Of a DNA stretch of 31,234 bases, positions 6,813 through 15,501 are shown piece after piece (position 1 is the stretch's first letter; every line of letters begins with the position of its first letter). Source of the stretch: Thermoanaerobaculia bacterium (GTDB lineage Bacteria > Acidobacteriota > Thermoanaerobaculia > Multivoradales > DATKCC01); assembly GCA_035513375.1 (NCBI GenBank), contig DATKCC010000104.1, positions 1 to 31,234 on the forward strand. Direction: 5' to 3'. The notes beneath the pieces are model-generated. The model worked only from the letters and a program-made list of their open reading frames with translations, ran no database searches and was not told where the DNA came from. The position numbers and the translations under genes are program-made.

Positions 6813-8447
6813 TCAGTCGCCCGCCGCCGAGCGGTAGACCACCAACCCGGCGTGGCGGCTTCGCCCGGGGTGGAACTGATGGCAGGTCACGCAGGCGCTC
6901 GACGCCCCGGCCGGAGTATGGCACTCCCGGCAGACGGCGATCGCCGGCAGGTTGTGGGTCTCGGCGGCGTCGGTCGGGTCGTCCTCCCCCTTGGGCTCGC
7001 CGGCGAGGATCTTCGGGATCGCGCCGTGGCACCCGAGGCACGACGGCAGCTGCACGATGTGGGCGCGGTGGTCGAACTCGGCCCGGATGAGCGTGCGCTG
7101 GTCCTTCTGCACCCGCTGGATGGCGGCGTCGGAGACGACGTGGCACTGCCGGCAGGGCTCGGTCAGGTCGAGCGCGAGCCGCTTGAGCTCCATCACCCGC
7201 TCCTCGGAGAGGCCTGGGGCGTAACCCGGCTGCCGGCCCGAGCCGGGCACGAACGGCGCCGTCGAGGCGGTGCCCTCACCGCGCTCGACCCGCTCTTCGG
7301 CCACGGCCAGGAGCTCCTCGAGCCGGCGGAGCTCCTCCTGGACCTCCGGGCCCGGGAGGCTCCGGAGCTCGGCCGCGCGCTCCCGGAGGGTCGCGATCGC
7401 CTCCCGGTAGAGGGCGTCCCCCCCGGCCAGGACCGTTCCCTCGTCGACCCCGGTCGAAAGCAGCGCGGCGAGGCCCAGGTCGCCGTAGAGGGTCGCCCGG
7501 ATCCGGCGCAGGTTCTCGAGGATCCAGGGATCCTCGTGGTAGACCGGCCGCTTGGCGACCGTACCGCCGGCCTCGCGAACCTCGTCGGGATTGGTGAAGA
7601 GAGCCCAGCGGACCCCCGGCCCCCACTCCCGCTGGAGCGCCGAGAGCGTCAACACCCCGGGGCGCGCGGGGTCGGCGGGATCACCGGCCGGCAGCCTCGG
7701 CGTGGCACTGGTCGCCGTGAGGTGGCAGGCGTCGCAATGGCGGTCGAAATCGAGCGGCCGAAACCCGCGCCCCCGGTCGTCCGGCTCGTGGCACTGGAGG
7801 CAGGAGCGCTCCGGGTTACCGAGACCCAGGCGCTTGGTCACCTCCGCGACATGGATCCGGTGGGGAAAACGGAGATTGGGATCATCCCGGAGACCGTCCC
7901 GGATGACCTCGACCTCCGGGTGGCCGCCGCCGAAGGAGCCGAAGGCGTGGCAGCCCGTACACCGGGCGTCGGGGACCCGGGTGAGCGCCGCCCGGCGCCC
8001 GCCGTGCTCGGCGTGGCAGGAAGCGCACGGCAGCTCCCGGCCGACCGCCCGGGCCGCGGCCGGGGTCGCCGTGGGGGCCTCCGCGCCGGCCGCGACGGGC
8101 GCCGGCCGGCGGTAGGCGTAGTGGGCGGCGTAGCGGTACTCTTCCGGCCCCTCCCCCACCCGCCCGTGGCACGCGAGGCACCCGGCGGCCGCCGGAGCCT
8201 CGAAGCCGCCGTGGCAGGCGCCGCAGTTGGCCTCGAAGTTGGCATGGCTCGAAGACAGCGGTCCGGGCGAGACCGGGGTCCGGTCGCCGAGGGCGAACGA
8301 GGCGCCGAGCCAGGCCAGGGCGCCCAGGCAGCCGGCGAAGCCGGCGCCCAGGAGCCAGCGCCGTGGGCTGCGGGTGACGTAGGCGCCGGCGACGGGTAGC
8401 CGCGCGCCGCCGAAGGAGCCTTTGCCGGGCCGTGCCTTCTTCGCCAT
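6813..8447 (-). CDS. N-terminally membrane-anchored decaheme c-type cytochrome
   Basis: Ten CxxCH motifs: CGACH, CLACH, CASCH, CTGCH, CLQCH, CDACH, CRQCH, CLGCH, CRECH, CVTCH. Hydrophobic segment WLLGAGFAGCLGALAWLGASFAL follows a basic N-terminus. Confidence 0.92.
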   Translation of the reverse strand: MAKKARPGKGSFGGARLPVAGAYVTRSPRRWLLGAGFAGCLGALAWLGASFALGDRTPVSPGPLSSSHANFEANCGACHGGFEAPAAAGCLACHGRVGEGPEEYRYAAHYAYRRPAPVAAGAEAPTATPAAARAVGRELPCASCHAEHGGRRAALTRVPDARCTGCHAFGSFGGGHPEVEVIRDGLRDDPNLRFPHRIHVAEVTKRLGLGNPERSCLQCHEPDDRGRGFRPLDFDRHCDACHLTATSATPRLPAGDPADPARPGVLTLSALQREWGPGVRWALFTNPDEVREAGGTVAKRPVYHEDPWILENLRRIRATLYGDLGLAALLSTGVDEGTVLAGGDALYREAIATLRERAAELRSLPGPEVQEELRRLEELLAVAEERVERGEGTASTAPFVPGSGRQPGYAPGLSEERVMELKRLALDLTEPCRQCHVVSDAAIQRVQKDQRTLIRAEFDHRAHIVQLPSCLGCHGAIPKILAGEPKGEDDPTDAAETHNLPAIAVCRECHTPAGASSACVTCHQFHPGRSRHAGLVVYRSAAGD

Positions 8448-8483
8448 GGTCGTAGGTCGCGCGCTCGCTCTCGCCGCCGGGCT

Positions 8484-9326
8484 TCAGAAGTACCACACCG
8501 CCAGTAAGTGGACCGCCACCAGGAGCAGCAGCACGAGCGACGGCGGGACGTGGGCGTAGAGCCACCAGCGCAGCGGCCGCTGAAGGGTGTAGTGAGCGTC
8601 GAGCTCGAGCTTGGTCCGCACCACCGAGCGCAGCTCGTCGAGTACCCCGCGCCCCTCGGCCGGGAGCCGGCCGGCCAGGTAGTCCAGCTCGCGCAGGCGG
8701 TTGGCGATGCCACCCGTGACGTCGGCGAAGTAGATCCACCGGAAGCGGGGCGCCGCCAGCAGCGGGGCGAGGCTCCGCCGGTAGAGGTCCCGCACCGGCC
8801 CGGGCGCCGCCGCCACCAGCTCCTCCGCGCGCCGGCGGAGGACCGCCGCGAGCTCGGGAATGCGCTCGTAGAGCACTTCGGTCGTGAGCGCGGAGGCGAG
8901 CACCCGAGGGAGCCACTTCCGGACCGCCACCCCGGCGAGGCCGCTCGCCGCCACCCACAGGCTGAGGCCCATCAGCCAGCGGTTCAGGCCGCTCCGGGGC
9001 CACTCGAAGCCGGCGTGCATCAGCACCAGCAGGGCGAACAGCGTGCCGCCGTAGACGTGGAGCTGGACCCAGGTCTGGGTCCGGCCGAGACCCGAGCGGA
9101 AGGTCCTCCGGCGGGCCGCGAGCGACCCGGCGCCCGCCAGCAGCAAGGTCGCCAGCGTGCCGTAGGTCAGCCCCCAGGGCGAGGCCGCTCGTGGCTCCGC
9201 CACCGTGAGGTTTAAGGCGTACACGAGCAGCAGGAGCGCCGCGGCGGCGAGGAAGCCCAAGAGCCATTCGGGCCGCTGAGCCCACCGGCCGGCGCCGGCT
9301 GCGAGCGTCGCCTTCGAGATCCTCAT
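8484..9326 (-). CDS. Polytopic membrane protein with four intramembrane His; probable di-heme b (ferric-reductase-like/cytochrome b) subunit
   Basis: Start reassigned to ATG 9326 (7 nt after the upstream stop; 280 aa). About 5-6 hydrophobic helices, with His in WVQLHVYGG, VLMHAG, LYAHVPPS and VAVHLLAV. Confidence 0.75.
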   Translation of the reverse strand: MRISKATLAAGAGRWAQRPEWLLGFLAAAALLLLVYALNLTVAEPRAASPWGLTYGTLATLLLAGAGSLAARRRTFRSGLGRTQTWVQLHVYGGTLFALLVLMHAGFEWPRSGLNRWLMGLSLWVAASGLAGVAVRKWLPRVLASALTTEVLYERIPELAAVLRRRAEELVAAAPGPVRDLYRRSLAPLLAAPRFRWIYFADVTGGIANRLRELDYLAGRLPAEGRGVLDELRSVVRTKLELDAHYTLQRPLRWWLYAHVPPSLVLLLLVAVHLLAVWYF

Positions 9327-9333
9327 CGCGGCC

Positions 9334-11007
9334 TCATCGCCGGAGCAGCCCTTCGAACTCCTCGAGGCTCCCGATCCGGTAGGCGCAGCCGTTGGGGCAG
9401 CTCTCGACACAGGCGGGCCCTCCCTCCCTCGTGTAGCAGAGGTCGCACTTGCTCGCCACCAGTCGGTCCTTGCCCCGGAGCCCCTCGGGGATCATGTCGT
9501 CCGGCCAGGTCGCGCCGGTCTCGTGCATCACGATGGCGTCGTAGGGGCAGGCACGGGCGCAGCTCCCGCAGCCGATGCAGATCGTCTCGTCGACCGCCAC
9601 CACCTGGCCGAAGCCGGTCCGGTGGATGGCGCCCGTCGGGCAGCCCACCAGGCAGACCGGATCACGGCAGTGGTAGCAGGCGCTCGCGATCTGGAGGTTG
9701 GCGAGCTTGTCCCCTTCGCGGATGAAGCGGGCGCGGCCGCCGTGGGTCCGCTCGCAGGCCCGGACGCAGTCGTCGCACCGGGTGCAGGCCGCCAGGTCGA
9801 TGACCAGCATGGCGCTCCCCTGCACCAACCCGGTGTCGACGGCGGTCTCGAGCAGCTCGGCGTGGGCCAGGTCCCGGCGGCTGAAGCCGGTTTCCCGGAT
9901 GCGGTCGACCGCCGAGCGCCAGAGCCGCTTCTCCACTTCCGGGAACTGGCGGAGCATCTGAACGAGCTCGCCCCGAGGCAGGCGCACGAGCTCGGCATAC
10001 TCGACCGAGGTGGCGCTCGCGGTCCAGCCCCGGGAGTCGTCGACCAGGAGCTCGACCTCGCCCAGGGTCATCCCCTTCGACAGGTAGTTGACCGTGATCT
10101 CACCCTGGTCGAGGCGCTGGGTGAGCTGGAGGAATCCGGAGCGCACCAGGAAGAGCCCGTCGACCGGCTCGCCTTCGCGGGTCAGCGCCTCTCCGGGCTC
10201 GAGCGAGACTAGGTCCACGACCTCCCGGATGGCGGCGAGGAAGACCGGCGGGCAGCCGTGGAAGAGGGGTGTCGCGTCGAGCTGGCCGGCGAGGGAGCGG
10301 CGGCGGTAGGCCGCGTCCAGGCGCTCCTTGAGGGCCTCCGACTTGCGCCGCATCGCCCGGAGCGCCGGCATCCGGAGGTGGACAAGGGTGGCCTCGGAAG
10401 CGGTCCGGGCGGTGACCGACTGGGGCCAGCCGCTCATCGCGCCGATCTCGCCGAAAAGCTCGCCGGGCCCCAGGGTCTCGCGGCTCCCGCGCGGCAGGTC
10501 GAAGTCGAGGGCGGCGAGGAAGGTGATCTCCCCCGGCTTGGCCGCGCGCTGCGCCAGGACGGTCCCCCGCGGCAGCGAGCCGGTGTCTCCGCCATCGTCC
10601 AAGCCCTCCTCCCCCCCCGGCGGTCGCGCCAGGGAGGCGAGCCGCGGCACCTCGAAGAAGCCGGTCCGGTGGAGGTCGAAGATCGGCTGGTCCGCCGCGC
10701 CGCCCGCTCCGAGGCTCACCTCGACCTCGCCTTCGACGACGAAGAAGGCGAGGTCGATATAGGCCCCCTCCTCGAACAGCACGGCCCCCGGGCGCCAGCG
10801 GCCGATCGAGACGTCCGGCCCGATCCGCTCGAGGAAGGCATCGTCGTAGGCGTCGAAGAGCGCGATCCCCCGGAGGGTCGCGAGCGACGGCTGCTCGGAG
10901 AGCGACTCGAGCCCGGTGCGCTCGCCGAACGACGACCACCGGTCACGGTAGAGCTCGCGCCGCTTGAGGAAGGTGCGGCCGACCTCTGGCTCGGCGTGAT
11001 CCGTCAT
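9334..11007 (-). CDS. Tandem cNMP-binding (CAP_ED-like) domains fused to a four-cluster [4Fe-4S] domain of the DmsB/NrfC/HybA type
   Basis: Start ATG 11007 overlaps the upstream stop (ATGA; 557 aa). cNMP-type segments LFEEGAYIDLAFFVVEGEV..GELFGEIG and LTREGEPVDGLFLVRSG..LGEVE. Cys motifs CTRCDDCVRAC, CYHCRDPVCLVGCP, CIGCGSCARACP, KCDLC...PACVESCP. Confidence 0.92.
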   Translation of the reverse strand: MTDHAEPEVGRTFLKRRELYRDRWSSFGERTGLESLSEQPSLATLRGIALFDAYDDAFLERIGPDVSIGRWRPGAVLFEEGAYIDLAFFVVEGEVEVSLGAGGAADQPIFDLHRTGFFEVPRLASLARPPGGEEGLDDGGDTGSLPRGTVLAQRAAKPGEITFLAALDFDLPRGSRETLGPGELFGEIGAMSGWPQSVTARTASEATLVHLRMPALRAMRRKSEALKERLDAAYRRRSLAGQLDATPLFHGCPPVFLAAIREVVDLVSLEPGEALTREGEPVDGLFLVRSGFLQLTQRLDQGEITVNYLSKGMTLGEVELLVDDSRGWTASATSVEYAELVRLPRGELVQMLRQFPEVEKRLWRSAVDRIRETGFSRRDLAHAELLETAVDTGLVQGSAMLVIDLAACTRCDDCVRACERTHGGRARFIREGDKLANLQIASACYHCRDPVCLVGCPTGAIHRTGFGQVVAVDETICIGCGSCARACPYDAIVMHETGATWPDDMIPEGLRGKDRLVASKCDLCYTREGGPACVESCPNGCAYRIGSLEEFEGLLRR

Positions 11008-13109
11008 CCGCCCCCTCCGGTGGCGGCGAACAGCGCGTCGATGCGCTCCTTCACCAGCAGCAGGAGCTCGTCGAGCGGGCGATCGGCGGCGTCTGCGGGG
11101 AGCGCTTCGAGATCGATCGGGGCTGCCCACCCGGAGGTCGGCCCGGCCAGCGGCGCTCCGCCGGCGGTCGAAGCCCCAGCGCCCGGGACGAACGCCGGAC
11201 GCGCCGCCGGGATCGACCGGGCGCCGTAGCCGCTCGCCGGCCCGGTGAGCCCGCCCGGGCCGCTGCCGGTCCCGGCGCTCCGCGAAGCAGCAGTGCCAGC
11301 GGCGCTACGGACGACCGCCGGGTCGAGCCGGGCCACCCGCACCTGGGGCACCGGCCCGCGGCTCTGGAGGGTCTGGCGGTAGGCGGCGCCGAGGGCCGTC
11401 GCTGCCGGCTGGGGGCGGTCCCAGTGGACGATCTTGGCGCTCCGCTCGGCCAGCTCGAATCCCTCCGACCCCGGCGGATGGCCGCTCGCGAGGAGCCGGG
11501 GGTCGGTTACGTAATGGCAGCTCGAGCAGGCCCGGGCCCGGGTGGCCGGGTCGCCGAGATCTGCCATGCCGAGCCTTCGGCGCTCGGCCGGGCTCGCCTC
11601 CTGGTGGCTTTTGAGGTACTCACCGGCGGGGCCGTGGCAGTGCTCACAGCTCACCCCGTCGGCCACCTCCCAGGCCTCGTCGCCGGTGGGGACCGTGCCG
11701 TGGCAGCCCATGCACACCGAGCCCCCTTTGACCATCAGCTCGCCCGCGGCGCGCCCGTAGTAGAGCGTGGCGATCTCGACCGCCTTCGGCCGGCGCTCGA
11801 GGAGTGGCCGCGCGGAGCGGTTGTGGGGATCGCGAAACCACCACTCGGTCTGGCGGGCGTGGCGGTGGCAGGAGCCGCACTCGCCCGCGCCTACGACCCG
11901 CGCCCTGCCGAGAGGCTCCCGGATCCGCTTGCGCAGCTCCCCCTCGACCGCCGGGATCGCCGGGCGGGCAGGCCCCGGTGCGGACGCCGGGGTCGCGCCG
12001 CCACCGCTGGCCGCGGCGCCCGCGTCCGGCGCGGGGCCTCCGGCGGCCTCCGGCGCGGCGGCGAGCAGCTCGGCGAAGGGGTCGGCCGCCTCCCCCTCCC
12101 CACCCTCGACCGCGGCGCCGGTGCCGCCGGCGAGAACGGCATCGAGAGCGCCGAGCCGGCTCCCGTCGTGCGCCTCGCTGAAGCTCCTCGCCGCCTCAGC
12201 CAGCCGCTCGAACCCATGCGTGAGCTCGGCCCGGTTGCCGGCCTCGAGCCGGAGCCCTCCGGCGGTCGCGAGGAGCCGATCGACCTCGGGCACCGAGACC
12301 ACGCGCCCGATCCGGGAGAGGTCGCGGAGCGCCCGCTCTGCGCGGCGGACCAGGGCTCGCGCGTAGCCGCTCTCGGCGTTGCCTGCCGCCGCCAGCGCCC
12401 GCAGGCCGTGCTCGAGCTCGAGCGCCGGCCCGAGCACCGCGAGCTTGCGCCGGAGCTCGGGCGGCAGGGGGGCGTTTCCCGAGCGGCCGGAGGCCACGAA
12501 GTTGTGGCGGATCGCGTCGATCCGGGCCGCCAGGTCGAAGCTCCCGCCGGAGGTGTGACCGCCGGTCTCGACCAGCGTCTCCTCGGGCACCAGGTGGCAG
12601 CCGTAGCAGCGCGCCACGAGGTCGTAGATCCGCTCCGGGGTGTACATGCCGAGGGCGACGTTGCGCTCGACCCGCTCCCGGCGCTGGGCAGCGCTCTCGG
12701 CCGCGCGCCGGACCCGCTGGCCCTGGAAGGTGTTGTGGACCGTGATCCAGCCGCGCGCCACGCCGTGGCAGGACTCGCAGGAGACCCCCGCGAAGGCCGT
12801 GACCCGGCCGCCGGAGAGCGTAGGGGTGAAGTGGCAGCTCAGACAGAGGCTGTCGTGCCGGATCAGGCGCACACCGAGCTTGCCGGCGATCTCCTGGGCC
12901 CGGGGCCGACGATTGAGCGGCTCCTCGGAGGCGTAGAGCCTGGCGTGGGCCGTCTCCCTCCAGACCGCAAACTCGGAGTCGTGGCACTCGCCGCAGGCCT
13001 CGGGACCGACGGTCATCGCCGGGTCGAGTCGGGTCGCGGAGGCCCCCGGTGGGGGCCCGGCCGCGAGGGGGATCAGGGTCGCACCGACGAGCACCAGCCT
13101 ACGGATCAC
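11004..13109 (-). CDS. Secreted octaheme c-type cytochrome made of two c554-like tetraheme repeats
   Basis: Signal peptide MIRRLVLVGATLIPLAAG. CGECH, CLSCH, CESCH, CYGCH and CGSCH, CMGCH, CEHCH, CSSCH. GTG start overlaps the upstream stop (GTGA). Confidence 0.9.
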   Translation of the reverse strand: MIRRLVLVGATLIPLAAGPPPGASATRLDPAMTVGPEACGECHDSEFAVWRETAHARLYASEEPLNRRPRAQEIAGKLGVRLIRHDSLCLSCHFTPTLSGGRVTAFAGVSCESCHGVARGWITVHNTFQGQRVRRAAESAAQRRERVERNVALGMYTPERIYDLVARCYGCHLVPEETLVETGGHTSGGSFDLAARIDAIRHNFVASGRSGNAPLPPELRRKLAVLGPALELEHGLRALAAAGNAESGYARALVRRAERALRDLSRIGRVVSVPEVDRLLATAGGLRLEAGNRAELTHGFERLAEAARSFSEAHDGSRLGALDAVLAGGTGAAVEGGEGEAADPFAELLAAAPEAAGGPAPDAGAAASGGGATPASAPGPARPAIPAVEGELRKRIREPLGRARVVGAGECGSCHRHARQTEWWFRDPHNRSARPLLERRPKAVEIATLYYGRAAGELMVKGGSVCMGCHGTVPTGDEAWEVADGVSCEHCHGPAGEYLKSHQEASPAERRRLGMADLGDPATRARACSSCHYVTDPRLLASGHPPGSEGFELAERSAKIVHWDRPQPAATALGAAYRQTLQSRGPVPQVRVARLDPAVVRSAAGTAASRSAGTGSGPGGLTGPASGYGARSIPAARPAFVPGAGASTAGGAPLAGPTSGWAAPIDLEALPADAADRPLDELLLLVKERIDALFAATGGGG

Positions 13110-13768
13110 TCGCCCTCCAGGTTCACCAGGAGCTGGGCGGCGGCGGCGCGCACCGCCTCGCCCGTGGCCGCGGCCAGGGCCTCCGGGTCGAGCGCCACTC
13201 CCTCCTCCCGGACCCTGCCCCGTGCCGGCGCCGAGGTGGCGCTGCCGGTGGCCGTGGCCGGGAGGAACCGGCTGCCCTCCCGGTCGACGAGGCGGATCTG
13301 GACGGTCACCATGGTGGTCGTCTCGGCCCGACCGGCGAGGCCCGTCACGCGCTCGTCCCGAGCCGTCCGGACCTCGACCAGCTCGCCGTAGAGCAGCCAG
13401 CGGGCCTCCGCCGGCGCATCGGCGTCGCCGGAGCGGGCGCGGAAGTCGGCGATACGGGCGGCCATCTCGGCCTTCTCCTCGACGAAGCGGAAGCGACCTG
13501 AATCGTAGAGGGCGTCGGCGATCCGCTGGGAGATCCCGAGCCCGGCCCGGGCCTCGAGGAGCTCGGGATGGCGCTCGGCGACCTTCTCCGACAGGCCGAA
13601 GCTCGCCACGTAGGCGGTGAGCCGCTCGCCGGAGGCCGCGGCCGGCGCCGCCGGCGCCTCCCGGCTCCGCCAGGTGGGCTCGACGGCAGCGTCGTCGCGG
13701 ACCGTGGTGGCGCAGGCCGCCACGGCGAAGAGGACGGCCGCGAGGAGCGGTAGCACCCGCCGCTTCAC
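13106..13768 (-). CDS. CsgG/HfaB-like lipoprotein
   Basis: Start reassigned to GTG 13768 (GTGA overlap; 220 aa). Lipobox VAAC. LGISQRIADALYDSGRFRFVEEK..ARWLLYGEL..VTVQIRLVD pattern typical of the CsgG/TolB_N-like fold. Confidence 0.75.
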   Translation of the reverse strand: MKRRVLPLLAAVLFAVAACATTVRDDAAVEPTWRSREAPAAPAAASGERLTAYVASFGLSEKVAERHPELLEARAGLGISQRIADALYDSGRFRFVEEKAEMAARIADFRARSGDADAPAEARWLLYGELVEVRTARDERVTGLAGRAETTTMVTVQIRLVDREGSRFLPATATGSATSAPARGRVREEGVALDPEALAAATGEAVRAAAAQLLVNLEGE

Positions 13769-14916
13769 GGCGCCACCCAGACCGACACCAGGTGCCTCAG
13801 GGCCTCCAGGTAGTCGTCCCGGCGGCAGTCGCGGCAGGTCACCTCGCAGCCGGCCGCGAGCTCCCCCTGCTCGACGCCGACCGAGCGCACCGCGAGCGAG
13901 GAGGTCGTCCCCGCCTCGCGGAGCGAGCCGAAGACCAGGAAGCGGACGTTGGCGAGCCGGCCGAGCCGGACCGCGGTCTCCCCTTCGGTCGCCCCCGTCG
14001 TCTGCAGCCAGAGCTCGTCCAGGACCGCCGCGATCCGCTCGCGCTCGGCAACGGTGAAGCCGGCGCCCCGGAGCTCGAGGGCGAGGGCGCCGGTCAGCAT
14101 GCCGTTGACCTCCGAGTCGGCGCCGTCGAAGGCGACGACCGCGAAGGGTCGTCCGGCCAGGGCGGCCGGATCGAGCGGGCTCGCGCACTCGACGACGTAC
14201 TCGGCGATCGAGTACGGGTCCCGGCTGGCGAACCGCCGCTGCCCGCCCGCGGCCTCCTCGGTGAGGCGCATGGGCCGGTCGCCGAGGACCACGCCGTCGG
14301 CCGCCAGCACCACCCGCTCCAGGCCCGCAAGGAGCTCCTGCACTTCGAGCTTGCCACTGCGCGTATTGTAGATCCTGAGCTCCCGGCGGTTGAGGTGGAG
14401 CTCCTCCCCGACCAGCAGGGCGTGCTCGCCGTGCTCGGTGAGCGCCAGGTCCCGGGGCAGGAACGGCCCCAGGTCGATCGACTTGACGCTCTCGCCCGAC
14501 TTCGGGTTGACGACCGCCAGCCGGTGCTCCCGCTCCACGTCTTTGGGGTGGATCCCGGAGCCCGGGGCGAGGGCGCTCCGCCCCCGGACCGAGACCCGTT
14601 CCCGGGCGAGGGCGACGACGAGCTGGTTGGTGGCCGGGGAGATCCCGGCGAGGAGCACCTTCTCGAACCGCTCGGCGAGCCGGACGGAGTAGACGCGAGT
14701 GCCGTCGGCGATCCGCTCCAAGCTTCCGCCGGTGACCAGGTAGACGTCGCCGCTCCGGCCCTCGAACCGGCACTCGGCGCCGGCGCAGGCCGGGAAGGCC
14801 GCGGGCTCCCAGCCGGGAGCCGGCCGGAGCTCAACCGGCCGCAGGGGCTGGGACCCTGCCAGGCCGATCGCCAGGGCGAGAAGCGCCGCGCTCTTCACGC
14901 CTGGACGGGCGCGCAT
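13765..14916 (-). CDS. Secreted protein with a beta-rich (propeller-like) region and a C-terminal CsgG/HfaB-like domain
   Basis: Start reassigned to ATG 14916 (TGATG overlap; 383 aa). Signal-like AALLALAIGLAG. C-terminal FAVVAFD..GFTVAERERIAAVLDELWLQTTG..AVRLGRLANVRFLVFGSL. Confidence 0.7.
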   Translation of the reverse strand: MRARPGVKSAALLALAIGLAGSQPLRPVELRPAPGWEPAAFPACAGAECRFEGRSGDVYLVTGGSLERIADGTRVYSVRLAERFEKVLLAGISPATNQLVVALARERVSVRGRSALAPGSGIHPKDVEREHRLAVVNPKSGESVKSIDLGPFLPRDLALTEHGEHALLVGEELHLNRRELRIYNTRSGKLEVQELLAGLERVVLAADGVVLGDRPMRLTEEAAGGQRRFASRDPYSIAEYVVECASPLDPAALAGRPFAVVAFDGADSEVNGMLTGALALELRGAGFTVAERERIAAVLDELWLQTTGATEGETAVRLGRLANVRFLVFGSLREAGTTSSLAVRSVGVEQGELAAGCEVTCRDCRRDDYLEALRHLVSVWVAP

Positions 14917-15410
14917 CAGAACAGGAAAGTGATGCCGGCCACCGAGCGGACCACGCCGCCGTCGACGTCGCTCCCGACCGCCACGCCGTAGCCGCCCTCC
15001 CAGAAGAAGGCCGCGCGCTCGTTGAGGTAGGACTTGAAGCCGAAAGCGCCGTCCACGAAGCCGTTGCCGAAGTCGTCGAGAACGCCGAAGTAGCCGGCCC
15101 GGGCGTAGAAGGTCCTGACGCTCGCGGGCGAGAAGTAGTAGGCGCCGAAGACCTCCGCGGTCAGGTTCTCGTCGATGTCGTCCACCGGCCCTCCGACTCC
15201 CAGCCCGCCGCCCACCTGCACTGACTCGGTCACGAAGCGGCCGTAGCGGGCATTGGCCACCAGGATGCCGTCCACGTTGCCCTCGGTGGGCTTGAAATAG
15301 GCGGCGAAGAACCCCAGCTCCTGCTCTCCGCCCTCGGTCTGGGCCCGCGCCTCCGTGGCGAAGCCCGCGGCCAGGAACACTCCGATCAGAACGGCGCACA
15401 CTCTCTGCAT
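14916..15410 (-). CDS. Small (about 8-stranded) outer-membrane beta-barrel protein
   Basis: Signal peptide ending EARA, alternating hydrophobic beta-strands rich in G/F/Y, C-terminal ..AGITFLF (BAM signal), strong AGGAG RBS. Confidence 0.8.
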   Translation of the reverse strand: MQRVCAVLIGVFLAAGFATEARAQTEGGEQELGFFAAYFKPTEGNVDGILVANARYGRFVTESVQVGGGLGVGGPVDDIDENLTAEVFGAYYFSPASVRTFYARAGYFGVLDDFGNGFVDGAFGFKSYLNERAAFFWEGGYGVAVGSDVDGGVVRSVAGITFLF

Positions 15411-15460
15411 GGTCGTCTCCTATTTGACATGAATTCGAAAGCTACGAACCCGTGTCCTTA

Positions 15461-15490
15461 AGTGTAACCGACTGCACGGAGAATGCTCAA
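15461..15490 (-). promoter_or_regulatory. Probable internal sigma70-type promoter (TTGAGC-N18-TACACT) driving the lower half of the cluster
   Basis: Minus-strand TTGAGC (15490-15485) and TACACT (15466-15461) lie in a 91-nt, locally AT-rich gap upstream of ATG 15410. Confidence 0.5.
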
Positions 15491-15501
15491 GCCGCCGGCG
15501 G

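Noticed and set aside
8340-8370. Twin-arginine-like SPRRWLL in the decaheme N-terminus
   Set aside because: Weak match. c-type cytochromes are normally Sec-exported for periplasmic heme attachment, and Arg pairs before a TM helix fit the positive-inside rule.
15424-15452. Perfect TTGACA on the plus strand (15424-15429), or an FNR/CRP-like site
   Set aside because: No -10 element at 16-18 nt, no sense gene downstream, and the second half-site of an FNR or CRP palindrome is missing.
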